64,000 nt of DNA from Lingula anatina (taxonomy: Eukaryota > Animalia > Brachiopoda). The notes under the pieces are model-generated. The model did no database searches and had not been told where the DNA came from. It saw only the letters and a list, made by a program, of their open reading frames with translations. This document shows positions 1-13,352 of the stretch, one piece after another. The stretch lies in the NCBI GenBank assembly GCA_051362555.1, contig CM120643.1, positions 29,578,848 to 29,642,847 of the forward strand, in the 5' to 3' direction. The stretch's first letter is position 1, and the number at the start of each line of letters is the position of its first letter. The translations under genes were made by a program, and so were the position numbers.

Positions 1-8
1 ACGTTTAC

Positions 9-1806
9 CTGATGCATTACAAGTGAAAGCAGTACTCCTAGGGTTCATGTACGTGGTCGCTGTAGACTCTGGGTGGGAGACCACAGTGGGGGACCACACG
101 ACTTGAATCCTCATCGGAAATGACGTCACCACTCCAAAATGGTTCGTACCGACGCACTCATAGGAATCGCCATCAGTTACATTTTCTTTGGTAATTCCCA
201 GATCTGACCCAGAAACTGAAGCCAAGTGAAGACCGTTTTTCTTCCAGGTGATTACTGGCGTTGGGGTCCCTGTGACGTCACAGGTGAGGCGAGTGGGGTC
301 TCCTTGTCTGACAAATTCTGTAAAATTTGACTGCGATGAAATAGTTGGAGTTTCTCCACAAATAGCGTGTTCATTCCGTAGAGTGACAAGAAGAGAGAAA
401 AAATCCGATAGTTGGGTTGCAAACAAAGTTTGCGTATCCCTGGTAAAGTTCTTTGAGTCAAAAATGACAAGAGACATTTCGAAAGACTGTCGAATTTCTT
501 GTACACGAGATAACATCTGCTTTGCCTGAACGTATTTAGATGTTAGTAAAATGTCGGACAACATCTGGAGCTCAGTCAAAATACAGTCAGAGAATGAATA
601 ACAGTTGAATGTCTCCGAAAGTGAGTCGGGCAGAGAAAAGTTCTGCATAGCATAGTACCAAAGTTCTATATTGTTACTGTTATTGCTGTTCGCACCTGCG
701 TCAGTTAATTCTTGGTCAAGCAGAGATATGACGTTCTTCATAGCTGCCGTTTCATTATTTTCACTCTGTGAAAATAAATTAATTAGATCTTGCTCTGTCA
801 AGTTAAGAAGACGAATTCCTGTAGTATTAAGATCTACGGAATAAGTTTTCTGGGAAAGCTCTTTCAGGTGGCTGACGGATGACGTCATATTATCATCAGT
901 GGTCTGGTTTCGTGGTCTGAGGGTCTTATCCAGTTGTATGGACGCGTTTAGATAGTTAAGGATTGCCGTGAAGACTTTACAGCTGTTTTCAACGTGGATG
1001 ACGTCACTGGTTGAATTTTGGTCACTAACCTGCCGCCGGAGTCTCCGGGAAGGCATTGCAGATCGTTTGCTCCGCGTAGCAGCCTCGATGTCGCCATAAA
1101 TTTGTCGCGAAATTAGGAGAACTGCGTTCACCATCGATTGCTGTAGGTTGTCATTATCTAGGAATGTGACATACTCCTTTTTCCCCAGGCTGAATTCGTC
1201 CACTCCAATCGTCACTGGAATTACCGTAACCTTATCCTCGGGTAGCGACATATTTATTTGTACATACTCGACACTTAAAGGTTTTGTATGGTCAACTAAT
1301 TTCTTTTGCAAGAGTAAGGCGTCGCGTAGTTGGGCAACAAGCTGCTCTTTACTTCGTTCAGCTTGTTTTAAATAGCTATGTTTTGTGTCATTGAGAATAA
1401 GTGCCGACTGGTATTTTCTTTCAGCCGAGTCGTGCCTGACTTGTTGTCCTTCTTTCTCGAGGCGAGCAACATTGGCTGAAATCCTCAGCTTTTGAAGTTT
1501 GTCCAGAATTTCAAACGACTCATTCCTGCTCTTTCCCAGTGCAGCGTAAGCCGATCGTATAATTTTGTTGCACTCGCTGTTTCTGGCGACACACACGGGG
1601 TCGGACACGTAGTGAAGGTTAGGAACTACTCGGCATTCTTCAATAGGCACGATGCCGGATTCAACAATTTTCTCGCACGGCTCACAGCAGGTTTTGTCCT
1701 CGGCCTTGTTCACAAGCATCGGGCAGTATTTTTCATTTTCTCTACAGTCGTAGACTTTGATATGGACTTCAAATTTCGTGACAACTTTTCCACCGCTACA
1801 ACCGCT
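9..1806 (-). CDS. Gene A, large exon downstream of the frameshift: second half of Cys-rich segment, coiled coil, RSKR/RRLRR sites, I-set Ig domain and start of a second Ig
   Basis: By my manual translation the frame starting AGC at 1806 has no stop down to position 1, so it is absent from the ORF track. It encodes an Ig signature ([24 protein letters not shown]...[14 protein letters not shown]). Probable donor TCAG|GTAAAC at 9/8. Confidence 0.85.
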
Positions 1807-4800
1807 AAAAAAATCCACCAAACATGCCACAGCTCCAGTAATCAGTAATTTCCTCGATCTTCTTAAAGTCAAAACAGGTTGTTCTACACACGTACTGACG
1901 GACAACTTGGCTGACTTTTGTGCATTGGGCGCAGCATTCCGTAGTGATCTTTTTATCCACCACAGTGTCTTTGACCTCACAGAGTTCACCAGACACGGCC
2001 ACAGCTGGACAGGACACGGTGGTGCACAAACCCTCTACCGCCTCGCGAATGGCCTCCAAGTGACCAAACGCGGCCTGAAATTCGCCCTCCACAACGCGCA
2101 GTTCTTCTTTTATCCTAACCACATTTGCGTCTGCTTGTTGTAGCACGTTTGTTGCATTGTCCAATATTGTTTTTGCCCCCAATACTAGTGCCTGTGCCTC
2201 ATTGTAGCCATTTCTGGCGTTTTCCAAAGCTTGGTCGATCACCTTAATGCGTTCATCAACTATATTAGATATGCCCGAAAAGTACCTGTAAAACTGACAT
2301 TCAAGACGACCTTGCAAACTTTCTCTGCCACCGTCGCCATCTACAAAACGGCCCTGGAGATTCCAAGAAGGCGGCAGAGATGTATCTGCAAAGGATGAGG
2401 ATACGTTTACCAGAAGTGTGTATGAACCATTTAACTGGATTGTGGAACTTATGCTCAGTGTTTCATTGCCAATGACCATAACAGCAGGGACCACATTATC
2501 CAGTAGACTGAGTTTGACCGGAACTTGCCCCGTTACACTCTGAGACCCATCCATTGCCATGGTTATGTTGCAGTTGTCTTGTATAGCGACATGGGATGTC
2601 AGATTCTCTCCATGGGCGACCTCGGATAATACTCTGGTCTCTCCATTTGGTTCCATATCAAGGTGTACGGGATTGGAGTCTGACAGACAGAGCCTTCCAA
2701 AACAGATTGTCCCCGGGAATGTTAAGGTAAAATGACCAATGGAGCATGGGTTTGGAACACTGCAGTGGAAAGTCACTCTCCCTCGAACATTTTTATCTGG
2801 TTTGATATATTTGTTCAAGGGACTGAGTAAGACGACTGAGTCGACCATGTTGAAGTCCAGTGTATTCGTGTTGCCTGAAAAGAAGGATGTTTATATTTAT
2901 TCGTTTGCGTACATGTTGTATTGTTGATTTCACAAGAGAATCACTATTTACGCAGCTTTTGCATTTCTTTACTTTGGAGTTATTATCTTTATTCTTTTTG
3001 TCATTGTAAATTAAAATAATTCAATGTGCCAGCTTAATTTATACTTAAAAGAAATCGGATTTAAAACAGTAACGAAAACATCGAGTCTTGAAAACGATAT
3101 TTCCATTTTGCCTCACCAAGTGTTGCTGCCCATGCAGCATCCTCAGACTCAACGGTCCACAGGTTAGAGTTCTGCACGGCGTGGTCCAGCAAGAGCCGAC
3201 CTTTACCTCCGGCAAAAGCGGGTAGTTGACGATATACAGACTGGAAAGTAAACCCAATCTCCGTTAATTTTACGAATCTTTCATTTCCTGACGGCTGCTT
3301 AATTGACCTTGTGATATGCATTGTGCATTAAAATGTACATGTTTTTTGTAGATTAACAATATACGTCAGTGGATGTTCATATGAAAGATGTAGATAATAA
3401 TAAGAATAAAATAATAAGAACACATCATTTTAAGTAGGCGTCTCACAATTTTCAAAAAAGTATCCATTGTATATGTACATATAAGCAAGTATGCACTTGA
3501 TTGTGCATGTTAATTTTAACCCCATCAGTATTTTTTAAGCTTCCTTTTTTAATAATATTGGATACTGTGAGAAAGCTACGGACTCTCAGACTGAGTAAAA
3601 AAGTTTCAAGGAATATATAACCAACCTTGACCAGGTCTTGTGTTTGAACAACGCTGCCACCCTGCAAGTTGAGTGTCGTCGCACTTTTTGAAGAAGCATC
3701 ATCGAACGTCTTATTCACCACAAACTGAACCCACACATCGCCTATGATTCTGTCAACATTAAGTGCCAAACTGGTAAACTCAAACCCTTGGAGACCCGAA
3801 AACCCTATCTGTTCCACGCCAACCTTCCAACCGTAATTGTCAAGGGCACGGAACATTTCGGTACTTTGGAGTTCGGATGCCATCTCGCTTGTTATGTTTA
3901 TAAACATGGCAGAGGCATTGGTGGGTAGCGCTTTTAAAGTTGTCCTCATATTGATTTCCCCGCTATGCAACGTCATTGTTGACTCGCCAAGAGTTATGTT
4001 GGCTGTTACGGAGGACTCCATCGATAGAAATACATTACTTCTGCTATAATTCATCCAGTCAGCTATTGTTGCCTTGGACTTTGTGTCAACTTGAACTGGG
4101 ACATTAACGCGACTATCACGATCAAACGAAAAGCTAATGTTTAACCATTTCGGGAAGTATTGTGCGTATACGTTAGCAATGCCTTTGGCCAATGAGTTGC
4201 TCTCTTCCAAAGCAGTTATGTCCTTTTGACTCATTCTCGTGGCATCAGGCTTTGTCAAGGATCCTTTCCAACGTGAAGAGTCATAATTGCTCAAGTGAGC
4301 TTCCTGTTCAATCGTCATTTCGGACACTTTCAGTGTCAGTGGTGTGCCTTTCCATTCAACTGCAAGTCCATACAGAGTTAAAGGCACGGTAAAAGACGGT
4401 GTCGTCAGCTGGACTATGCCCCCAGTGAAGTTGACATGTTCGAGAGTCGGATCCGTAAACCATTCTTCAGTTGACATTAAAGATAATTCACCAGATAGCA
4501 GAGACACGTTGAGCCAAAATTGTCCCATGGGGAGAGTACCAGGAGCGATGCCAAGTCTTTCAAACACCGAAAGTTCAGCAGGAAAGCGAGGCCTTGCCAC
4601 AGACACGACACTTACAGGAATTGGGTCGTATTCAGAGGCACTGGGTCCCGACAGTTTGTAGGAAATGATCCAGGTTCCAGTCCTCCGAGCAACCATAGCA
4701 AAAGTCGCAGATGTTACCGTGCTATTCATTGTTACTGATGAAGGAATGAATTCAATGGAATTAAAATCTGAATATGGAATGATTGTCAAACTTTCCACAG

Positions 4801-7800
4801 GTCTAGCCGTTATAGTGAATGTTTTAGTTTGTCTGTGTAGGAGTAGTGATTCAACGTCGACAGGTGAGGCAATGTGACCGCGTTCGCAGTTGTCTCCGTG
4901 GTAGCCAGTACCGGTACAGTCACATTGGAAGGTGGTAACGTTTATCGGAACACAAACACCACCATGCTTGCAGGGGTTCGGTGAGCACGTGGAGATTTCT
5001 GAAATAGTACAATGGAGTGAAATATTGCACACGAAGCGTGAACGTGCAGCACGTGGATGGTTACCTAACCTGTTCGTAGCGACTATGTCGACACATGAAC
5101 CAGTTATTGCGACCCACAGTTATTAATTTGAAAGCAAATATAACTTTCTAAAGTTCAACGTAGCCATTTTTGTTATCTAACTCCAGCATATTTGAATGTT
5201 TTCCTACTATTTATGGTCTGCAGTTCATTATAAATTCCTTCACTGAAGTATTTTGTTCCAGCATATATATACACTGATGCTCATAAGTTAAGCAACACTT
5301 TCTTATTTCTCGAATTTCTCAGCAACCAAAATTTTTATTGAGGCAAAATTTGTACAATAGCTAGATATTTCTCTTGTTTTTACTTTGACTTACTGGACCG
5401 TGACATTAGAGTACTATTTACTGTTGGACACGATAGAATATGCAATGGGGGTCCCACTTGCAAAAAACACAGTTTGGCCATGCCACGAGGAGCTTCCAGT
5501 TTGGCTAGTTTCATGGGCACAACTTGTTATTTTGGACCAACCAACGGTTAGAAGAGGACTCAACGAGGTAATCAGATGGCAAATAATGGGAAGCCATCGT
5601 GATGGGGTGCCAAAGAGACAGATTGCAAGGCAACAAAAAAGTAGCACCAAGTCAAGTGTCCAAGCTGGTAGCAAAATGGCGCCAAACTCATCATGTAGTG
5701 GACAAGCCTCTTTCTGGTAGAATAATATTAACCGACGCAAGAGATGAAGATATCTGGTTCGATTATGCCACCAGGACCAGTTCATATCAGCCAAACAATG
5801 AAAAATTGCCACCGTACGTCATTCAAGGGAGGTGTCCTGGTCAACAATACAGAGACGAAATACCATTGGGGTGCATACAATCACACATTCAAGCAAATCC
5901 AGAAAGAAAAATCATTTTGGTGCAGGACAATGCGCCCATCCAGAAAGCATGGTCCGTGCAAGACGCGCTGCAACAGCGCGGTATCCCACATTTGGATTGG
6001 CCTGCATATTTACCAATTCTCAGTGTAATAGAACATGCTTAGGATATGATTGGCAGGGTAGTAAATGAGAGGCAAACTCCAGTTAGAAACATTAGAGAGG
6101 TCCAGCAGGCAGTAAATGAAGAATGGAACCGGCTCTCAAAGCAACATTGGCAGAATTTGGTGGCAAGTTGCAGGAGACAATGTGAAGCTGTTGTTCAAAA
6201 CCAGGGAAGGCACACCCGATATTTATTGCATAATGGACGATTAATCATCTATTATCTACAGTCTTCTTTTAGTAAAACTTATTCTTAGATGATCGAACTT
6301 TATTTTTTCATAATAAGCTGTTTTAATCAGCACGTACTTTTTGCTGTGTGAGCATACTTTTTTGACACATAGTTTGGCATATTTTAGTACCGTTTGGTTA
6401 ATAAAGTTATTTTGATTATTACAATAAGCTATGTTGTGTATATATTTAACAGAAATATTCAACTTGAATAAGTTATTTATAAAATATGAAAGAAATATGC
6501 ATAACCCCACCAACAAATGAAATTATGATCATGATAGAATAAACTTTTGAAAAAATCGGGGTGTTGCCTAACTTATGAGCATCAGTGTATAATACTAACC
6601 GTAACTTATCATACATGTTACGTCTTAATAACTTAATATATAAATGTGAGAGAGGAACAGCACTTTCAGATATGCATAATCATATATAGGATTGACTGCT
6701 ACATATTAAAGCTGGTCGGAATACCTTTGCACTCAATAAGATCCGTGGACCATGAAACGCTGCCATCAGCATCCACAATACATTCTCTGAAATTTTTGAC
6801 GAAATCATCCATGTAATGTCCGTCGTAACAGCCAATAGTGCATCTGGACTTGAAGTCAGTGTGACAGGGCAAGTTGACAAAGCCGTTTTGTGGAATCAGT
6901 CCATCTTCGCTTCTAATGTCAGGACACTGCTTGGCTAAAATCAGACGTTTTGGACATAAGAAACACTGCATTAATGCGAAAATTATTATTAATGAATTAT
7001 TTAGCCTTTGTCTTTGTACCCGAAGAGTTAAGCCAACACTTCCACACCTTAACAAATGTATTCAATCTTAAACAGTTTAATTCCCAAATTAATTCTTAAC
7101 ACCAGGAAATACTGTTGCACTGACAAGTAGTGGGGTGGCATTTTGGGTTAATATCTGATGGTTTTCCAATCCACTACGTACATAATTCTCAACGTGTTGA
7201 ATACAGGATTTTGTTAGGAACTACATGCAGCAAAGGACCATTATTGCCTCACTCCTTACTATGACAGACATGTGTGAATACAACAAAGCAGTACTTTAAT
7301 TATAACCAGAGGAACCCACTGATACTTACGTAGGCAGGCTGCCTTCTGGCCAGACCAGGTGGCGCTAGGAAGGCAGACCCTGCTAGCAGACCCGACCATG
7401 TAGTATCCCAGATCACAGGTAAAACTACACGTCTCGTTGGTGACAAACCCACTACAGGCTCTGGCGCCGTTATTTGGCGCGTCGATTGCAACACAGGGGT
7501 TTCCTGAAAAGCAATGAATCGAAAATACGATTTGTATAACAGAATTGCGAATGAACGCATACCTAAAAAAATAATAATGTTCCACTACAGGGTCCCATGT
7601 ACTTTTATTCAATCTCATTCAATCCATTACTTCACATAATAAACCGTTATCCTTCTTTTGCACTTTCCCTTTCTCGCTTTACTTATAGGCTAATCAAATA
7701 CTATACATATGTTTATATTCTAACAACTTATTTGGCTTTTAATAATAAATATTGTAACCCACTAGTCTGCTTACGTTGACAAGAAACACTCAAAATTTCC

Positions 7801-10800
7801 TACTAACAGAGCAGTATTGGTAACACGTTTATATGTGGAAAAGTGAGAAAAGTATATTAAAGGTGAGATGTGTCAACGTAGCGAATTTTAATCTATCTAA
7901 CTGCATCACATCCGAAAATTACAATCAAAAACGATATAATTTATATAATATACACATACCTAAACATGTTTTGTTATCAGTGCCAAGATGCCATCCAGAC
8001 TGACATGTACAGTAGAAAGAACCCTGGGTGTTCTTACAAATATGTCCACAGCCATCGGTCCCACGGTCACACTCATTGATATCTAAAAAACGTAAATCGG
8101 GGTGAGAGTCAAAATTGCTTCTGTGACTTCGCTCTATGTAGCTTTAAAAGCAAAGATGCAAGTTATGTACAGAACATGTTTTCTTCTTTTTTTCGTCATT
8201 CTAAACTTATTTTGACATGCACGTCACTTAAAGTCCATTTGTGCAAGAGCACGCACGTCTGTCGTTTTCACTGTGATGTGTATTATGTACATGTACTTAA
8301 GCATACCATTTACCTATACATCCACGTCCATCGGGCGCCAGTTCATACCCATTTCTACATGAACACGTGTAGCTACCACGTGTATTGTGACAGTTGTGAT
8401 CACAGGCATGAGTTCCGTTACTACACTCGTCAACGTCTGAAAAATTTAATCCGTGTAAAGGCCACCAGGGGTTATAAAATGTATAATAAATGTATCTAAC
8501 ACGTACCATCGTAGAAAAATACATTTTATCACCCGAAATCCATAACTTTCGGAAAACAAAAATTGGGAAAGCAGATTTAATTTGATTCAGTTGTGAATTA
8601 GACGGCTTCTTTGTCTTACCGTTGCAGAGTTTCTTGTCAGTAGCAAGAATGTAGCCTATATTGCAAGAGCAGTAGTAGCTCCCATGAAGATTGTTACATT
8701 TCTGTTCGCAGCCATGATGGGAGGTTGAACACTCATCGTGGTCTAATATCAAAATAAATTATCGTACATTTAGTTTGATGTTGGCTACCATCAACAGAGG
8801 TTTTACCGATTAAATATAAACGTGTTAAAACACATTTTGAAATTTTGTGAAACGCATCTATATATAAAATTCACGACAACCCTTTTAGCTGTTGAGCATT
8901 GCACAAAGATAAATTTTAATCAAAAATATGTATTTGATTCTACATGTACCAACAAAAATCAAAACATTTACATCAATAACAAAATAATATTATTATGAAC
9001 CCTATATCACCCTTACCAGAGCAAGTCAGACCGTTCCCATCCAACACAAATCCAGTCCTGCAGGTACAAAAGAAACTTCCCACGGTGTTGGTGCAGTTAT
9101 GGGCACAGCCGCCATTTCCAGTGGAACATTCGTCGATATCTTTAGTTATGTTATTTAGAAAATCAAATTCGTTATATACTAAATGACATTTACTAAATGA
9201 CATCAAAGAATAGTTTAATATAATTTAATTAATAGATCACGAATTATCACATATCATTAAAATCAGGTTTTGTCCCAAAATGCAATACTTTCTTATATAA
9301 AAGCAACAATCGAAATCTCGCGAGTGAAATCGAGAGTTCCGACAACTGTTATATTTTTATAGGTAACCCAGCCAACATACTGTACCTCTACACGAGTGGC
9401 TGTCCGCCTGCAGGGCATAGCCAACATTACAACTACAGCGGTAACTTCCTGGGATGTTGGAGCATACTTGAGAACATCCACCGTTATTACTGGTGCATTC
9501 ATCAATGTCTGGAAAAGGTAATTTTGTTTCAAAATAGATTAAACCTTACTTTTTTCTAGATTAGAGTAACAAAAATATGTTAAATAGTCTCCGCATCATC
9601 CACTACACACTTCGAATAGAAGGAAGATCTACCACGCAAATATTCAGTACATAATGGCATTATGAAATATAGTATACTGATCTATGCAATATCATTGCAG
9701 TTAGATAAAGGTATACACACTAATGACTGTCATTAAATTACAAAATACCTCAGATATAAACATTTTACAACATCTCCAGTGACTCTACAAGTGATTAAAC
9801 ATCTCCTACCTAAACAGCTGTGAGAACCTTGGAGTCGGTAGCCATCTCGGCACGTGCAGTAGTAACTACCAATAGAATTGTGACACGTGTGATCACACCT
9901 ATGGGTGCCTGCAGTACATTCGTTTATGTCTGGGAATAAATAAATTGATCCGTTTATTGATCTATTAATAGGAAAAAACAAATCAACTGTTTCATGAGAT
10001 CGTTGCTAGAATGAACTGCTTATGTTTCTCCGAAAGTATTGCTTATATAAATCATGATTACTTTAAATGAGGTAGACGTATGGAAATTTACCACGCGGCG
10101 GTATGGTTAAGGCCTAACTCTGGGCTTTATGGTGGTCACTGAAATAGTCCCGGTGTAACATGAAAATCTGACTCCCATGAAAATCTGACTCCCCCAGTCA
10201 GATTTTCATAATGAAAATCTGACTCACCCCATGAAAATTTGACTCCCCCTCCACAGAACTTCTATAATCTTATTTTATTTTGAGTATATGACTGTGATCT
10301 TGTAGTATGTAAAATGGAGGACACATTGGCACTTTTTTATTGTAGTTTGCAGGTGAAAATTTTCATGAAAAAATAAGAAAATTAAAAATGTGCACTTAAC
10401 CGCCCATTGTCTCTCCTATGAAAAAGCTATCTATTTAATATTTGATGATCATTTCAACACCTTTCCTTCACTTTTATGTTATTTTAAGATTATATTGGAA
10501 ATATTCAAAAGTTTGATGGTAAAATATTGGATGAAAAAAAAACATGAAAAATAAGAAAATTAAAAATGTACATTTTATCACCCAATGACTCCCCAATGAA
10601 AAAGCTATCTATTTAATATTTGATCATCATTTATATTGGAAATATTTAAAAGTTTGATGATAAAATAGTGAGTGAAAGAATGAAAAAGAAATCATGTAAA
10701 TCTTCATTTTATACCCATGAGATTTGGACTCCCATGAAGAAAAGGACCTATTTTTTATTCAGTCACCAATATTCTTTTCTGATATGACACAAAACAATTT

Positions 10801-12797
10801 TCATTTTCATATAGCTTAGTGTGCAAAGTTATCATTATATATACAATGAAAACTATGTGGAAAATAGTGATATAAGGACTGAATATAAAATAATTGTCCT
10901 TTTCATGGGTGTAAAAATGAATATTATACTGAATTTCTCACTATTCTTAAATTTCAAACACCTTTTGCAAAATTTTTTACCCACAAAAATTTTAATACTT
11001 CCAAATATGTTCTCCATAAAGAAAACTAAAAGGTAAAAACATTTAAATGTGTGCTAAATATGAAATAAGTGCTTTTAACTAGGGGAGTCAAAATCCTACG
11101 GGTACAAGAATGCAAATTTTTTTATCCATTCAAAATCATCAATCCCCATTTTTCATTCAACTTTGGGAAAAAATGGGAAAAACAACAGCAAAGATAAAAT
11201 GGGGCCTTTCCCTAATGGGAATCCATAGGAGTCCAAATCCCATGCATATGAAAATGAAGATTTTCATTATTTTTTTTTTAAATTTATTTTCACCCAGTAT
11301 TTTACCATAAAACGTTTAAATATTTCCAATATATTTTTTCATAAAGTATCCTAAAAGAAAAGCTGTCAGAATGATCATCAAATATCAAATAAATAGCTTT
11401 TTCTTAGGGGAGTCATTAGGTGTTAGAATACAAATCCTTAATTTTTCTTATTTTCATGTGTTTTTTTTTATTATTATTTTCTTTCACTCAATTTTTTAAC
11501 CATCAAACTTTCAAGTACTTTCAATAAATTCTTCATAAAGTATCCTCGAAGAAAAGCTGTCAGAATGATCATGAAATATCAAATAAATAGCTTTTTCATA
11601 GGGGAGTCATTGGGTGTTAGAATATAAATATTTAATTTTTATTTTTTAATGTGTTTTTTTTTTCACCCATTTTTTTACCATTAAACTTTCAAGTACTTCC
11701 AATATAATCCTCATAAAGTATCCTAAAGGGAAATATGTTGAAATGGTCATCAGATTTTATATAAATAGCTTTTTTCATAGGGAAGTCCTTGTGTAGTAAA
11801 ATACATATCTTAATTTTTTTTTTCTTCAAACTAACAAAAATTGCCAATGTGTCCTCCATTATGCATATTACAAGATCATAGTCATTTACTCAAATAAAAT
11901 GAGATCACAGTCATATACTCAAAATAAAATAAGATTTATGAAGTTTTGTGGAGAGGGAGTCAAATTTTCATGGGGGAGTCAGATTTTCATTATGTGCACA
12001 TTTTAATTTTCTTTTTTTTTTCCTGAAAATTTTCACCTGCAAACTACAAAAAAAGTTCCAATGTGTCCTCCATTTTACATACTACAAGATCACAGTCATA
12101 TACTCAAAATAAAATAAGATTTATAAGTTTTGTGGAGGGGAGTCAAAATTTCATAGGGGGAGTCACATTTACATTATGAAAATTTGACTGGGGAGTCACA
12201 TTTTCATAATGAAAATCAGACTGTGGAGTCACATTTTAGGGGAGTCAGATTTTCATGGTACACCGGTCTATTTCATTTTATATTATTTCAGTTTTGTTTT
12301 TGATCATTAGATTGTATATTTGCTTTGCTTATCAATAGTACATGTACATTGTCAAACCAAGATATTTGCCATTAATATAAAGATATTCTCCCTACTGTCA
12401 GCTTTTCAAAATAATAATAATAATAATAATAATATAGACAATCATTGATATATCTGTACTTTTCCCCAAAGTAAAACTCACCGTTACAGTTTTTGGTGCC
12501 AGACAATACATAGCCAGTTCTACACGAACACCTGAAGCTCCCTGCAGTATTCACACAGTTGTGTTGACAGCCATGGGAACCCGTGCATTCGTTGATATCT
12601 ACAACAAAGTAAAACACAACAAAACGGATGTACATAATGCACAAATCGTTTCTTCATTCTCTGAAATGCATGACAAGATAATTTGAAAAAAAAAAATTAA
12701 CTGGAGTGCCTACTACTGCTGCTTATAAACTAAAGTAATAACAGCTGTATTTCTTTTTTCTTCTTTTTTTACTATTACTACTACTACTACTACAGTG

Positions 12798-12830
<33 letters not shown>

Positions 12831-12923
12831 AGTGTACTACTACTACTACTACTACAGTGTACTACTACTACTACCACTACTACTACAGTGTACTACTACT
12901 ACTACTACTACTACTACAGTGTA

Positions 12924-12960
<37 letters not shown>

Positions 12961-13164
12961 AGTGTACTACTACTACTACTGCTACTACTACTACTACAGT
13001 GTACTACTCCTACTACTACTACTACTACTACAGTGTACTTCTACTACAGTGTACTACTCCTACTACTACTACTACTACTACTACAGTGTACTTCTACTAC
13101 TACTACTACTACAGTGTACTACTACTACTACTACTACTCCTACTACTACTACAGTGTACTACTC

Positions 13165-13201
<37 letters not shown>

Positions 13202-13313
13202 AGTGTACTACTACTACTACTACTACTACTGCAGTGTACTACTACTACTACTACTACTACAACTACTACTACTGCAGTGTACTACTACTGCTACTACTAC
13301 TACTACTACAGTG

Positions 13314-13352
<39 letters not shown>

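Noticed and set aside
248-5126. Many + strand ORFs (e.g. 248..529, 1492..1848, 1757..2143, 4344..4661)
   Set aside because: Antisense shadows of gene A's large exons, with no motifs of their own.
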